This document shows positions 41,541 to 55,100 of a stretch of 64,000 nucleotides of DNA, one piece after another. The notes under the pieces were generated by a model, which worked only from the letters and a program-made list of their open reading frames with translations, had not been told where the DNA came from and did no database searches. Within the stretch, counting starts at the first letter, position 1, and every line of letters begins with the position of its first letter. The position numbers and the translations under genes were made by a program. The DNA lies in NCBI GenBank assembly GCA_002633005.1, contig NMRA01000176.1:124001-188000 (forward strand), given 5' to 3'. This DNA is from Phoronis australis. Taxonomy: Eukaryota > Animalia > Phoronida.

Positions 41541-42424
41541 TTCGATCAGGGTTCAGTTAATTAAGACAAATTCGCTCTTGATCATACACCTACATGTACT
41601 ACATACCCATACTAAGTCCGGAAATCAGTGGTCCAGTTAGGGTTATGGCGTTTCGAGAAAAGTGTCAAAATTATTTGACAGTGCACTTCGTAACTTATTG
41701 TAATTCGGTCTCAGAAATTGGTGATCGAATTCAATTGAAATTTCAGATACTAATATTATTGCACTTTTCCCAAAAAATGAGAAATTGTTTTAAACTTTCG
41801 CGTAAAAATATGACAGTTCCCTACTTTTTAAAATGCATGAGAATTCCTCCATAAGTGGGTAGTTACCCTATGCACTGTCGACTGGAAACCCCAGACACAT
41901 CACCAAATGAAATAGTCTACTGTTTGTGAAATCGTAGCGATTCATCTATAATTTTGGGCAATTGTTGACAGATGTTTACGCCGACCTTACCCTAAACAAA
42001 GGTTCAACTCCGGTAGTTAGTAAGTATTGGTGCAGCTCGCGGTAAATTTGCACCCATGATTTGGACAAAGTGCAAAACCTTTAATTCCAGACTTAATTAA
42101 TTAATAGTCACGTAACGCTAATACCACGTGTGTTTCCATTTGCCGTCAGCCAGTCACAAGCCTATCAACAACAGAAACTGTGCGGGTGGGAAACTTTTGT
42201 TTATAATACCACGGTTGTTGCAATACCGTAAACAAGAAACTGTTATTGATGCCGAGACCAACTCAAACGAGCAATCCTGAAATTTTTCTTCGACAACTAC
42301 ACCGCATTGCTGACATCATGGTCCATGCTGGCATGGAAATTTCTTTTCCCGCCACAACACTTAGTTGTTATTGTTTTGCGTTTACATAAGTCATGTTGAG
42401 TAGCATGATTTATGTTTTGCCCCA

Positions 42425-42712
42425 GTGACCAATCGTAGGCCGTTTCATTGACTGTTCTTGGCCAATCAGTGAATAGACGCTCACCAAATGTACACGTGCT
42501 CGTCTGGCCCACATCCGAAGCACTGTACTATACCTACTCGTATTTACTTAGACTTTTTTCTTATTTCACGTTAGTACACCCTAGAGTTGGAAATTTTGTA
42601 TCAAAATACCAGTTCCCAAACATTGACGTCTTAAAATTTTCATTTTTTCCAATGAGTTTTGTAAAAAGGAATACTTACTGATGAACTTTTTGGCGCGCAC
42701 GAATATATAGAC
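42425..42712 (+). promoter_or_regulatory. Candidate promoter of the FRAT-like gene
   Basis: CCAAT boxes at about 42429 and 42462, CACGTG at 42493 and TATA-like ATATATAG at about 42703, ~120 bp before the ATG. Motif-only evidence. Confidence 0.35.
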
Positions 42713-42822
42713 CTATTTCTCTGTTATGACACTGTAAACAGTTCATTGTGTCTACGATCATAACAACTCCATTCATTGTAGGAGTGTGGTTGTTGTTCAG
42801 TCTCATTTAAAATTCTGTCAAA

Positions 42823-43281
42823 ATGCCGATAATTACTGAGCAATACGAGTCTTCGGAGGGAAGATTCGATGGACACAGTATTAATGTTGGATGTGACATG
42901 GATAACTTGGTGCTAAAACTTGCAGAGAATCTGAAACTAAAGGCCGCGCGAAAACAACAAGCGTACGGAATCAACAACAGCCATGCCCATGGGCATGTTG
43001 CTTGTGACCGAGTGTCGAGTACAAGTTTGTCGGAAGATAGGCTACATAAAGTCCGGCATTCTAATGGCAATCTTAATAATAGGACTAATCCTAAGTGGAC
43101 CAAGTATTTCAGAAAGAACACTCGCGTGACAGACACTCACAGACTTCTGCTAAAGTTACTCAGGGAAGGAACATTAATCAAGGCGGCGGTTGACCGTTTG
43201 AAAAACAAAACGGATTGCGGAGAGTTCGAGAAGACCACAGCTTCACTCCTGTCTAATTATGACTCTGAAGGCGAAGTGTAA
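42823..43281 (+). CDS. FRAT: FRAT/GBP-like GSK3-binding protein, intronless, 152 aa
   Basis: C-terminal DTHRLLLKLLREGTLIKAAVDRLK matches the FRAT/GBP GSK3-binding helix (FRAT1 DPHRLLQQLVLSGNLIKEAVRRLH). N-terminal DMDNLVLKLAENLKL matches the FRAT N-terminal block (EVDRLVAQIGETLQL). Single exon, like vertebrate FRAT genes; good start context AAAATG. Confidence 0.82.
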   Translation: MPIITEQYESSEGRFDGHSINVGCDMDNLVLKLAENLKLKAARKQQAYGINNSHAHGHVACDRVSSTSLSEDRLHKVRHSNGNLNNRTNPKWTKYFRKNTRVTDTHRLLLKLLREGTLIKAAVDRLKNKTDCGEFEKTTASLLSNYDSEGEV

Positions 43282-43898
43282 ATTTCATCGTGTTATTGTG
43301 ATTATTCGGCAATGCATCCCCGTCTTACATTCCATCGTGAATGGCAGAAAAGTTGGACAGATTCCAAATTGATCGATTTGTTATTCGTCTCGCGCCCCAT
43401 TGACCCGTTGTCTCACACCGGTTGACCCGATTTTAACCAGGTCACAGGCTGTAGTGTAAACAATGACTGGGGTGCAAAAAATCCATGGTGCTGTGATATC
43501 GCATGGACTGAATGTGAAATCCGCTAATATTTTCCGATTCAAGGGTGCATTATTGTTTTTCAAGGCGTGTCAACCAAAAAGAAATGTGGTGCGTGTGTAA
43601 TACTCGGATTGACTTGAGCAAAAATTCTTTGCTTGAACTTGAAAGGAAGTGGGAGAACTGTTTCTGCATATGTGATATCGCTGTGGTGATATGATTTGTG
43701 TTAAGTAATCTCAGTTACTTGTTGGGACAATTTCACCAATGTTGTTGTTATTATTTTTACATTCTTTTTGTACCGTTTGTCTGCAATTCTTGATTGTATA
43801 TCTGGAAACGATGTATTAATGAACAAATGTAAAAAAATTCAATTTGGACGTTTTATTCTTGCTCTAGCGCTCACCCCAGTGCCTGCATGGGCACAAGT

Positions 43899-44332
43899 GC
43901 TCGGTTGCATGAAACAATCCCAAATAGGGACTCAGCTAAGGTGCCTAAATCTTTTTCGTAATTGTTTCGTTCTTTAGGCACAGATGTATTTTTTTCTATA
44001 ATTTTATCTTTATCATGAGTTCTTCTTTAACTAATGACATTTTATAATAATATAACTAAAAACTGAGCCCTTAATTCATCAATCAAAACAGTTTGGGACA
44101 TAGTCCTTAAATTGGGGGCGTTGCATGAAAAGATTCCTACTTATTTTCAATGATATTTAGAATTCAATTAAGATTTCACTCCTAATTTGTATCAAAGCCT
44201 AAAATTGGCGTAGCAATGATACACAAACGGCATAAGGTAGGACAAGCAGTGTTTTCACAAGCCCGCAGATCCGCAGTAGATTTAGAGACCTTAGTTGAGG
44301 CCCTATTTGGGACTGTTTCATGCAACTGGGCA
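43899..44332. mobile_element. MITE with ~55-bp TIRs
   Basis: GGTTGCATGAAACAATCCCAAATAGGGACTCAGCTAAGGTGCCTAAATCT vs AGATTTAGAGACCTTAGTTGAGGCCCTATTTGGGACTGTTTCATGCAACT. Confidence 0.75.
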
Positions 44333-47300
44333 ATGGCATCCCCAGTGCCAGATTATCCAAATTCTTAACCCGCACAACCACGGGGTCGTGCTGTAGCCAA
44401 AGGGCCTTCTTGAAAGATGTGTCGATGATCAATCAAGTGCGAAGTGAAAATTGTGAAGACTGGGTCAAGGGTTGGGGAAGGGCTCTTGACTGGGTCTTTG
44501 ACAGGGTTGTAGCTCTGGATAATTGAGATATGCATTTTTTACTAAAAAAGTAGGGTGCATCCTTCAATGATCACCCATTGGGGAAGTTCCTGAAATACCG
44601 ACACCCTTTTGTACACACAATCCTAAAACCTCACCGTTCCTTTGGTATTCTTGAATATCCCATGCCTAAAATAGTACAAGAAGAGACTCCTATTGTCAAA
44701 GATAAGCATCTGAAGAGCCAAAATTTAGACATATTAACAATGTGGTGTAGTTGGAAGAGGGAACTATTTGTGAGGTTTCAAGCTCCGAAAATGAGTGCTT
44801 TTGTATAAAAAACAATCCTTAAATGCACCCTTCCGTTTGTAGTAAGATTTTCAGAAAATACACTCTTTCGAAGGTAATAAAATGGTGAGAAACGCAGCCA
44901 AGAGTTACACGTTGCACGTATGAGCGTCCTGTACGGTAGTACACCCTCGTCCTGGTAGCTATTCCAAATATGTGACAAGCGGAGGCACGGCAGAGTAAGC
45001 TCTAATACTGTGACGACCACGGATGATCGCTATGGCTATGAGGGTGGCAGCAGTACCGACGGGGGTAGGAGTAGTGCGTAGAACCCTCACCTGTGACGAT
45101 GTATTAGGGCTGCCACACTGCAGCGTATGAGCGCGAAGAAACCTGCATTGCACTGTAAATCTCGTTGGTTCAATACGTTTTGAGAGTCATTCTGATAGTG
45201 CCAACTTACAAGGTCATAAGTTGCCAAATCTGATGAGAGATTAGACATCACATCCGACGTTTTAGAGCCATAATTGCAGCACGCAGGGCGTGTATTAGTC
45301 GTGAAGGAGTGATTTTCTAAAACTAATTTTAATTTTTTAAGACAGGCCGGGCTGTCACGGAAATGGTCTCAATATTTAATTGGGAGAAGGACTGTTTCAG
45401 CGAGATAACTATACACATGTATTTGCCGTTACTCGATTTGCAGGTTCCCCGGGACAACAAACGAAAACGAACGGTGTCTCAGTTTCAATCTCAGTTTCAA
45501 TGCCTTCTCGATACACATGTAGGCATCAACTCGGTGCAATGTGCATAAAGAGCTTGCACAAACTGTAATTGTGTTGTTTCCTTCGCTTAGTTCAACCCTG
45601 GATAAACGAACAACAAAACGGGTTTACCAGTAATGAATGTTTTCTAATTTGTTTACCACAGCTTTCATCAAAACGTCTGTAGATTTACATTGTACTCTGA
45701 ACTTCTGATTTTCACAAACTTCGTATTCAAAAACTAAAAGAACACGGTGAACGATACCAGCTTTTCATTGTGTTTGCATTCGCCTGAGACAACGGATCAA
45801 CTGGCTACGCGCAGCGGAAAGTGCAAAAATTATTTAGATAAATATTTCTTAAATTCAGTGCACTTATCCCATGATCGTGAAACAGCTAAAATGTCAGTAG
45901 AAAGCCGGAGGTGGGGTAATGAAATCGTGGCGACCGCTTTAGGCGTTGGGCAGCGGGTACAGTTAAGAAATGAGAAACACAGTGAAACATGCAACAGAAA
46001 ATTTTTAACAGAAAATCCGCCAACTACCATCAATTGGCCTTGACCAGAACATTTTTGTCAGTACATGTCGTCAAAACGCACGTGAAAACATACTCAGAAC
46101 CATACTTCGAAGAAGTCCAATAATTTTTTTATGCATGAATTTTCCGGAGCAAATTAACCCAGACTTTTTAATTCAATGTGACAATTTAGGGAAGACATTC
46201 TACACTTATCCGGGGGTACCTCTATGGCAAGGGAACGGAGTCATCTGTTGCAAAACATGTATCTCATTGAGTTTTTGTTGAAATCTCGCATTTGTTTGTC
46301 TTGAACTAAATTGGCATCCATACGTAGAAGGGCCTTTTAAGGATAACCCCAGTTGCTGCTTGTTTCCTGTTTTTGAAACTATATACATGGAGCTTTTTTA
46401 AACTTACTGAAGGTGACTTTTGCCTTTTCTACTCTTGGAAGAGGGGCCCAACGATGGATTAAATTGAATTTCTTTTCCTATTTTTGTACAAAAAGGAATA
46501 TAATGTCTTGGAGGGCCACCCAATGCCGTTCGTTTCAATTTTAATGATACAACCTCTCAAATCAAGGATCCCCTTTTCAGTTGGGGTCCTCTCTTGAAGG
46601 GACGGCTTGGGGAAAATTTTGCTACCCCCATTAATCTGGCTCTGTCAACTATTCACAAAGTGACGTAGATAAAATTTCAAATTGGTCGAAAAAAGCACAC
46701 AATATGTTCTTCAGATTTTAAAAAAATCAATAGCAATAACGGCTATCTGAGGATTAGTTTGAAGAACTAGGGAAGACTATTATTTGCGAACCATACAAAA
46801 GCAATATTGTTGATGGTTTCATGATTACAAACATGTTGAGTATTTTTTTTTCGGGGGAGCGGGGCGGAAACTGGTGGATCGGAACGAACACTGACTGATC
46901 TGAATCTGTCGGACTCGTGACCGGCCGTCATGAATGAAGTCACCGACTGTGAGTGCTTTTCAAATTCTGCGCCATACTTGTGGATCATACTTTGGGACGC
47001 CGGGTAACGTTTACGGGGCCCACATTCACAAATGAAGGTTTGTTCACTCAAAGCACGTACTAAATAATGACCTGGTCCATTAATGTTAGATAACAAGAAA
47101 ATATACTAGATTCCAAAATGGCAACGCTCAATTTTTTATTTGATAAAAAAAGCATTTTGTAAAATTTAAATCCCTATATACCGTGTCCCATGAAATTTAA
47201 ACAATTCTGCCATCCATTACCGTACGTATCTTTGTGTCCAGTCGTCACTCCTTTGAGACAATCACTCTAGTAATCCGCCTCATCTCAGCCAAGCTGTTTA

Positions 47301-48830
47301 AGATCATTTGTTGGAAAGCGAAATCCATCATAAGGCTTCGTTGCACTCTTGAGTTTGGACCAGTATGTGTGTTAGTTGTGTTGGCTGTGATTGGCATTTG
47401 AATGAACCATGTTCTAGTGTATACGCAACCCTGCTTGGTTCACCAACTATTTATATGATTGCAGTACCACTGTTGCACCCTAAATTAAAGAGACGAAAAC
47501 ATTGTTCTGTTATCTCTTCCCTTTGCCACAATAATAGATTCGCTGTTGGAAAAGCGCGGCCACAGTCTTCCCACAGTCGTCGCGCGGCCGACTCGACACT
47601 ATACAGAGGCTGTTGTCACGGTACTGTTGCCGATTCAGCCGCAATTTGTAAGGAATTGTTTAGTTAATTGAACCAAACTTTTGAACATTGACGAAGGTAT
47701 AATGAGCATTGCTTTGTTTCAAACATTGTATAGTGTGCATTCAACATCTGTTGCATGAGGCAGCCATTACTTCTTAGTTTCCCAACAATTTTGAATGCTT
47801 CCTATCGACACGGTACTCGATTGTACCATATGGAGAGGCGTCTTTTGTTTGGCGATTAGGAAACAGAGAAAGAGCCAGTGATAGCACTGCATACTCGGAC
47901 TGAAGGAAAAGGCAATGGTAGGTGCAAACCATTTATGGCACTGTGGTCTATAAAAGCTGAACACGTCATTAAAATTTGAGCTTTCAGTCTTTGTGTGGTA
48001 AAATTGATTAGCGATCCCACTACAGAATTGAGGAGAAAGTAGCAATCGAAGTCTTTCGTATTTTGGCTACCGTCACCAGTGATAATAATAGACTGGGAAA
48101 ACCTATGTAACTACAAATCGCTTATCTGACCCCCAAAGATACCCGGCAGTCAGTTTTTAGGAGCAAGAACGCTTTTCACGATGCATATGCTTTTAACGGA
48201 TCGTCATGCAAAGCGGGGTTGGTAGAGAGTTGAAGGTTTTCCATCGGTTGTCAAGAAGGATATTGAAATCCTGAAACGTAATGTTGGATGTGTCATTTTG
48301 CAGCGGCAAAGATCTGGTTATGGCGCTTTGTGAAAATACTCCGCTCTGTTTTGACGCTATTTGTCTTCGTCTCCGTCGTCAATGTTGAAAAGCAAGTGTT
48401 GAGAGGCTACGACACCAAAAAAACGTGGGATACAACCGAGTTGGTGATTTTTTTTTTGTTTTTAATAAAAGTAATGGAAATCACTGCAAAGATCACACCA
48501 ATCATTGTCTACTAAAGTCATTAACTTCAGTCGAGATTACATGAAAAACAGGGACGTGTTATGAAGCTGTGTTTGTTTACTGGTTGACAATTATTTCCTT
48601 TAGAACTACATGCAAATGCCATTTCTTTAACTGAACCAGTGGAACTCCCGGCTTAAGTTTTCTGGCGAGTTTGGCGAGATAACGCAAAATCTCGCTGCCC
48701 ATGCAGTGTTTCGCCAATACCTTTCCGACCTTAACTGCCAGCGTGCTCACATGCTGAAATCAGTGACTGGTTGACGCAAAAACCAATGTTTCCGTCAAGC
48801 GAGGTAAGATGGTGCGAAACGCAGATCAGT

Positions 48831-48985
48831 CTCCCGTTCAGTAACGCTAGGACCTCGCTAAAAAGCAAGACTTCGAAAGATTACGTGAATTATTGTCGTG
48901 TATTTTAAATGAGAATACGTGACTTGGACTAGATTTTAGCTAGGTTCTAGCGTATAGGTCCTGGCTTCACTGAACGCACGCCAGG
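48831..48985 (+). repeat. Second copy of the 41386-41540 repeat
   Basis: Direct sequence match to 41386-41540. Confidence 0.75.
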
Positions 48986-49083
48986 TTTCACCACCACCAG
49001 GAGCCGACAACGAGAAGAAACACTATTGTTGTGGTGACGTGCAAGATTCAATTTTTTCTGAAGAAAGTACAGATACTATTTCA

Positions 49084-52000
49084 TTATAGCCGCGCCCATA
49101 GCTTTGTTTCGTGTATCACCATCGACCGTTGTATGTCGCTCAGTTCGGCGCATCCAGCCAATGCCATCACTTGTCTCAGTTCATCTCTTAGAAGCTCAAG
49201 AATTCGGCGGACACCATTTTCACCCTGGTAGAAACACAAAGTACGTTGAGGTCGAAATCATAAAGTGCAACGATGCCAAAACAGTATGCGGCTATTTTAA
49301 AACGAATCAAGCAATCTTGGCAATATCTATGTAAAACGTGCAACATTTAAACAAGGGAACTCATGATTTGAGAAGTGAGTCCACAATCTGTAGCGTCCTG
49401 CAGTCTATGCACAACTGGAAACCTGAAGTTCACTATACTTCTCTCAATCACTTGTCCCCTTGCCGGGCACTCCAATAATCCGGCACTACTTATAAAAAAC
49501 TGAAAGACTGCTTGGGGTGAGTTTACCAGTAGTGAATAAATTCGCAAATTTCTCAAATACAGGTCTATTTTACATCAAAATTAATTGAAACAAAACGAAT
49601 TGAAAGTTTTTGCGTAGTATACTGCAACCATGCAGTCTCACCAACAGCAGTAACACATAGAAAGGTTCGTTATCCCTATTTTTTACTTGAGAATTCTCGC
49701 ACCATGGGAAGGAAATCTCCAGCTCTTTTTCTAAAAAGTTTGGCGAGTAGATAATTTTTAAATTTGTTACGAAGTGCTAGACTGAAAATCCCAGGAAATT
49801 TGTTACAAGGCAGGTCGTGTTGATAATTTTTTCATTTTTTACCAAGTGTTAGACTGACACAAATCCCAGGAAAATTGTTACAAGGCAGGTCGTGTAGATG
49901 ATTTTTTTCATTTTTACCAAGTGTTAGACTGAAACTCCCAGGAAATTTGTTACAAGGCAGGTCGAAGACCTAATGCTGTGATTTTCACTCTGTGTACGTC
50001 TTGCCACTTATAGGTAACCTATTCAAAACATACCCTTTGTTATGCAGAGATTAACTGAAAACAATGTGACTTTCAGACAGACTTCTCTACGTGCTCTGCT
50101 GCCGTAATTTTTCCATTCACCGCGCAACCGGTCTACGCCATTAAAACAATTTTTGGGAAGAAATGAATTCACCAGTTCATTTTGGTTCAGTTCGAAATGC
50201 GAATATTTTTAGCAACAAATTCCTATTTTACTATCAGGTATATCCAATGACTAGAAATTGGTCTCACTCCCTAAAAGCCGTACTTGCATAAGACTTACAT
50301 CATAAACCAGTCCCCATAGAACCGGCTGCCCGATGAAGACCGCTCGCGCGCCCAGAGCCAACGCTTTGAAAACATCCGTTCCAGTGCGCACTCCACTATC
50401 GAGATACACCTCACAGTCACTTCCTACACTGCGCACTGCATCAATCACCTCCGACAAGACATCAATCTGGACAAGAAATTAGGCAGAAAACGTCAGTAGC
50501 ACCGCAGGGCCTATGCGTACACGCTAAGAAAGTCATTAATTCATCCAATATTCAACCACCAGTTAAAAGCTACAACAGGTTACTCAAGTCACACAATGGT
50601 AACACCGGGCCAAGTAGTATGAAATTGAAACGCCAATTATCTCGCCTTATTCATTGCATAGACCCAGCAGTTGAACTGATAGTTGTTTTCAAACCCCTTC
50701 AGAAACTTTCCAATATGCTGTGTAAACTGAAGTCACCCATCCCTTTATTGAACAAGTAATGTTGTGTATAAGGTTGAATGTGACAACAGTAAGGAATTCT
50801 ATGTCGGACTCGCACAGAGACGCCTCTGTGACAGGCTGAAAGAACATCACACCTCAGAGAAAAGAAACGTATATAGGCATTGTGTTAGCTACAATCACCA
50901 AGCCAACTCTTGTTAGTATTATCTGCAGAGAACCCAATAAGGAGTTACTGTCAGTACATTAAAGAGCCATTGGCCATTCAGAACCAGCATGCCACTGATT
51001 CTCTGCCAACATGCAGAGCTCTGTGACCCTGCAGCTATACGGTGATGACCAGCTACTGACTATATTCTATGTATCTCTCATTTCACTCTATGGATGTTAC
51101 CTGAGCTGTATGTTGGCACTTGTTGTCCTAAATTGTTGTAAATATGATCCTGATGATGTCTAATGAAAAGACGAAACGTTGAATTGAACATGAACTTTTT
51201 TATTTGTGCGGCGATTGTCCGGTTTTTGATCTTACTATGGCCAAAAACTTTTCACAATAATATTGAAGTTTTGCATGTAGCCTATATGAAAGCTGCGCCC
51301 TTGCCAACCAAAATGAATATTTCAGAGTATTCTGAGCCGAGTTACACGTAGACAAATGTAGAACATTGCATACGGTTATGAAATAGGTGTAGGAAGTGTG
51401 TGAGAGTGTCTTGTCTGGGGGGGGGGGGGNACCGGGGAAGTATGCAGAGAAAAGGAAAAAAGGAATCGTAGACGTTTATTCTGACACGGATGTGCTGAAC
51501 AGAATTTCCGTTGCACCTGTGAGGTGTCCTATTAGTTGCAATGCTGGCGTGTTGAGGTTGTTAGAGGATAAACGTTGATGCCCGCCGGCCAAGGGTTACT
51601 ATAGCCCGTGAGGCTGAGTTGGGTTTCATGTCGGCCATCCAGAATATAGTGATTATCAAGATCAGGGACGGTCGGATCCAGCATTTTGAATGGGGGGCAG
51701 AATATTAGCCAGGATTTTGCACGTCAGACATTCGTACCCCCGAACTGCCAAACGGAATCTAGGGGAATTTTAGGGGGGGAGGGGCATGAGAACGAGTCAT
51801 AACGCTGGAGAATATATGTTCTAGCAATCTGCAGTTGATCAAAGTGTTACTGGTCTGTAGTTTTCCGCATCAGATCAGTCATTCCTCTTGAAAGTAGGAG
51901 TTACGTTTGATGTTAGCCAGACAAGGTGCCAGAGTCCAATGATAATTGAAAAATATGCTTGAGAGCAAGGGTGATTTCGTTTGCCGTTTCTCTGAGGAAA

Positions 52001-52110
52001 CGGGCGGGTAAACTGTCAGGCCCTTTGGCTTTCTTCATATTCAGATGCTAGTAACTTCAGTAGAAATGTCTGTAGATGGAAATTTCTGAATAAGCTGGAT
52101 GTGTGTGTGT

Positions 52111-52157
<47 letters not shown>

Positions 52158-55100
52158 ATGTGGGGTGAGACGGGGTTTGCGAGACCCCTTGAAACGAATG
52201 CGATCGAGTGGCGCTGAGCGATCGAGGGTGCTGAGCGACCAGGGATCGTGGGGATGGGTCGGTAACGATGATTGGGCAGGGCCGGCCCCAAACCTAGCGG
52301 GGCTCTAAGCAAAACATGACTTGGGTGCCCACCAAAAATAATTTCATACAGTTTATTAGGCATATGTTAAAAGTGGCACACCGCACCGTGTCAGAAGGTA
52401 GAAACCGCCAACGGAAATAAACCTGAGTTTTCGATAGAGTATCACTCCCACGCACGTACGTACTACCAAAACATTTAAATCACAAATATTAATTTTCTCA
52501 GTCTCTAACGTCTAAAGGAAATGAAACATGAGCTACTATTGACTTCAATCAATTGACCATCTCTGTTCCGAAGGCTATATGGCACAAATCCTTTTACTCG
52601 CTGACGCTGTGAGTGACGTGTTTGTGAATGGCGATGACGGTGGAAAGGCATAAGAAATGGTGTGTGCGTACCTGTTTCATATGTAAACAGCTACTATCTA
52701 AGTAGTGAGCAAGACAAAAAAAGCCCACGTTCAATTCGGTGCACAAAACGGACACATAAATCTATTAAAATTTTTAACGTTTTCTGGTTCAGTATAATGA
52801 ATTTTATGCTGATTTTGCCATTTACGATCGGTCTGTTTTTTCCGGACATCCTTTAACATTTACCTAGGACGTGGAGAGTCCGTGGTGATCGGGATCGATT
52901 AACCCCGCTGATGGAAATCTTCGACTATGTTCTGATGCCATGATGACCTCTCCGAAACTCACTCTGCTCACCCACTCACTACCCCCCTTACACCCTCCCC
53001 GCCCCCCGTGGGTTCTCCTACCTTCCTACGTTGTAGCACTACTACGTAGAAAAAATTACCGTTGCGGGTACACCATCTAGTATTCTTCCGCCATGGTTTG
53101 AAACGAAAATCGCATCTGCACCGTGACGCACGGCTTCGATAGCGTCTTCACCTGTAAATTCAAGAGTTAATAACTTAAGTAATCGGAAAGGTTGTAAAAG
53201 AGCTGAAACCTCTGGATGCATCTCTTCAAAAATACAAATAGTTCTATTGGAAAAGACTAAAAGGGACAGAAAATTCGAACCTTCATTCAAAAAATACACT
53301 TCTCATTTAGACCATTTACCGGCGTAAAATCGGTCTCATTTCGTTCCTTAATCAGATTTGAAATGATTTCTAGACTTGAGCAGAGGTGACAGTCGGTTAT
53401 TGCTTCAGATCAGGCTCGGGGAGTTAGCTTGTTATGGCGGGTTAATTATAGCTTGCGCAGCATTATGGCCGCCAGGAGAATTCTAGGCGTTTTATTGCAA
53501 GCAATTTCAAATCAATTAAATTTTTTTGACTCTAGAACATACTTTATTGCCGTTTTAAAACACCTGCGCCATATTTGACACCGCAATTCAGTCAGGTGTC
53601 CGAAGCAAAATCTCCTGTTAGCGCCAGAAGCCTGAGTAGCCTATCCACTACAGAACAAAACGTACACATAGGCCTATTTTGGCATCTGACCGCCTACTCC
53701 GCAATGCACTTTGAAATAATACAGATGTTCATAAATAACTCAGTTCTTAATAACATTCCTTGGCGAAAAAAATAACCTTTTGACATTTTGGTGGTGATCC
53801 CACCATTCTTATTCAATGTTTTGTGAACGTTACAAGGTCCATAAAACCAGAAATGTAAAACTAGTTATACAACTGCTTGTTTTTACTATTCCAATTACAA
53901 AAACCCCAATAACTTGAAAAACTGACAAAATTGTATCTTTTTGTACCTGTAATTATCCCTTTTATGACTACCGGAAGTGAAGTAATCGATTTTATCCACT
54001 TTACATCGGACCAAACAAGAGGTTTTTTGGCTCGCACTATCTTGTTTTCTGCACCTCCTTCCTCGAAGTTTCTCATTCTTAAAAGCAAAATATGCGATAG
54101 AAAAGCAATGTTATTAGGTTCCAGCATTTTGCTTCAGCTACATCAAAGACTCATTTCCAACACTTCTCCTTAAAGGTGGCGCTGTGACCGATGGACAATG
54201 AAAGTGACAATACCAGCAACAGTATCTCTCCAAGCATTCTGTGGGTTACACCTAATACATGATGAATGAGCCAAAGTCATGTGACGACTTGGCGTATTCC
54301 TTTGAGAAGCTTTCATCTAGAAGCCACCTTGTCTGAATCAGTAGCGTGATCATAACTGAACTACATGTATCTGTCGTTTCGATTTTGTTTACCAAGGGAT
54401 GAAAACAATTCCACGAAAGCACCTCTAAAATCCAGCTACGATCCCTTAAACTGCAGTTTGAGACCAAACGACGTCAAACCCATGGTAAAAGTCCATAGAT
54501 TTGAACCCTCTACTCTACACACACAGCGAAAAGGAACCATACATGATGACCATTCCCTAAGACCAGATTATATGGCCGTACCTCTGCAGCAGTACTTCGC
54601 AGCTAGAATATTATCAGAGATTATTACTGTACTAACTTTATGCCAGTTCTTTGTATTTCAATCATCTTTGGACCACAACAAGCCTACATTTGAAAATTTT
54701 TTATATTCCTTGTATCATTATATCAAAGTTAGACGAAAGCTGATCATCGGTTTTAAAAAATCCCCTGAATTTCACCTTTTGGGAAGCCCTATGTAAATAC
54801 TTAGACATATATTTACTCACACATGTATAATTTTGAAGTAACTTGTACATGAAGAGTGCGTGGGTGTATGAATGGTGCGGTGAATGTTGTACCTTTCCAT
54901 TGCTAGATAGTTGTTAGTTACCATTTGCTGTTACTTTCCTTCTATTGCGAAATGAAATATTAATTATTAAAAAAATCACATGATCATGGAATTTGGCCTC
55001 CGGAACTTGGTCAGCATGTATGGAGCATGTTAGGGATGCAAATCTGAGGATTTGGTGTCGTTGGTCTCGTACTCACTGGAATTTAGGGGAGCATATCTGT

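Noticed and set aside
41980-45000. Telomerase RNA upstream of the H/ACA-like island
   Set aside because: No convincing CTAACCCTAA-type template or pseudoknot seen at a suitable distance.
45125-45141. 17-bp identity (GTATGAGCGCGAAGAAA) with the THAP start region at 63143-63159
   Set aside because: No flanking similarity; one match of this length within 64 kb is compatible with chance.
52016-52363. ORFs with (TH)n or (CV)n runs
   Set aside because: Translations of the (GT)n microsatellite.
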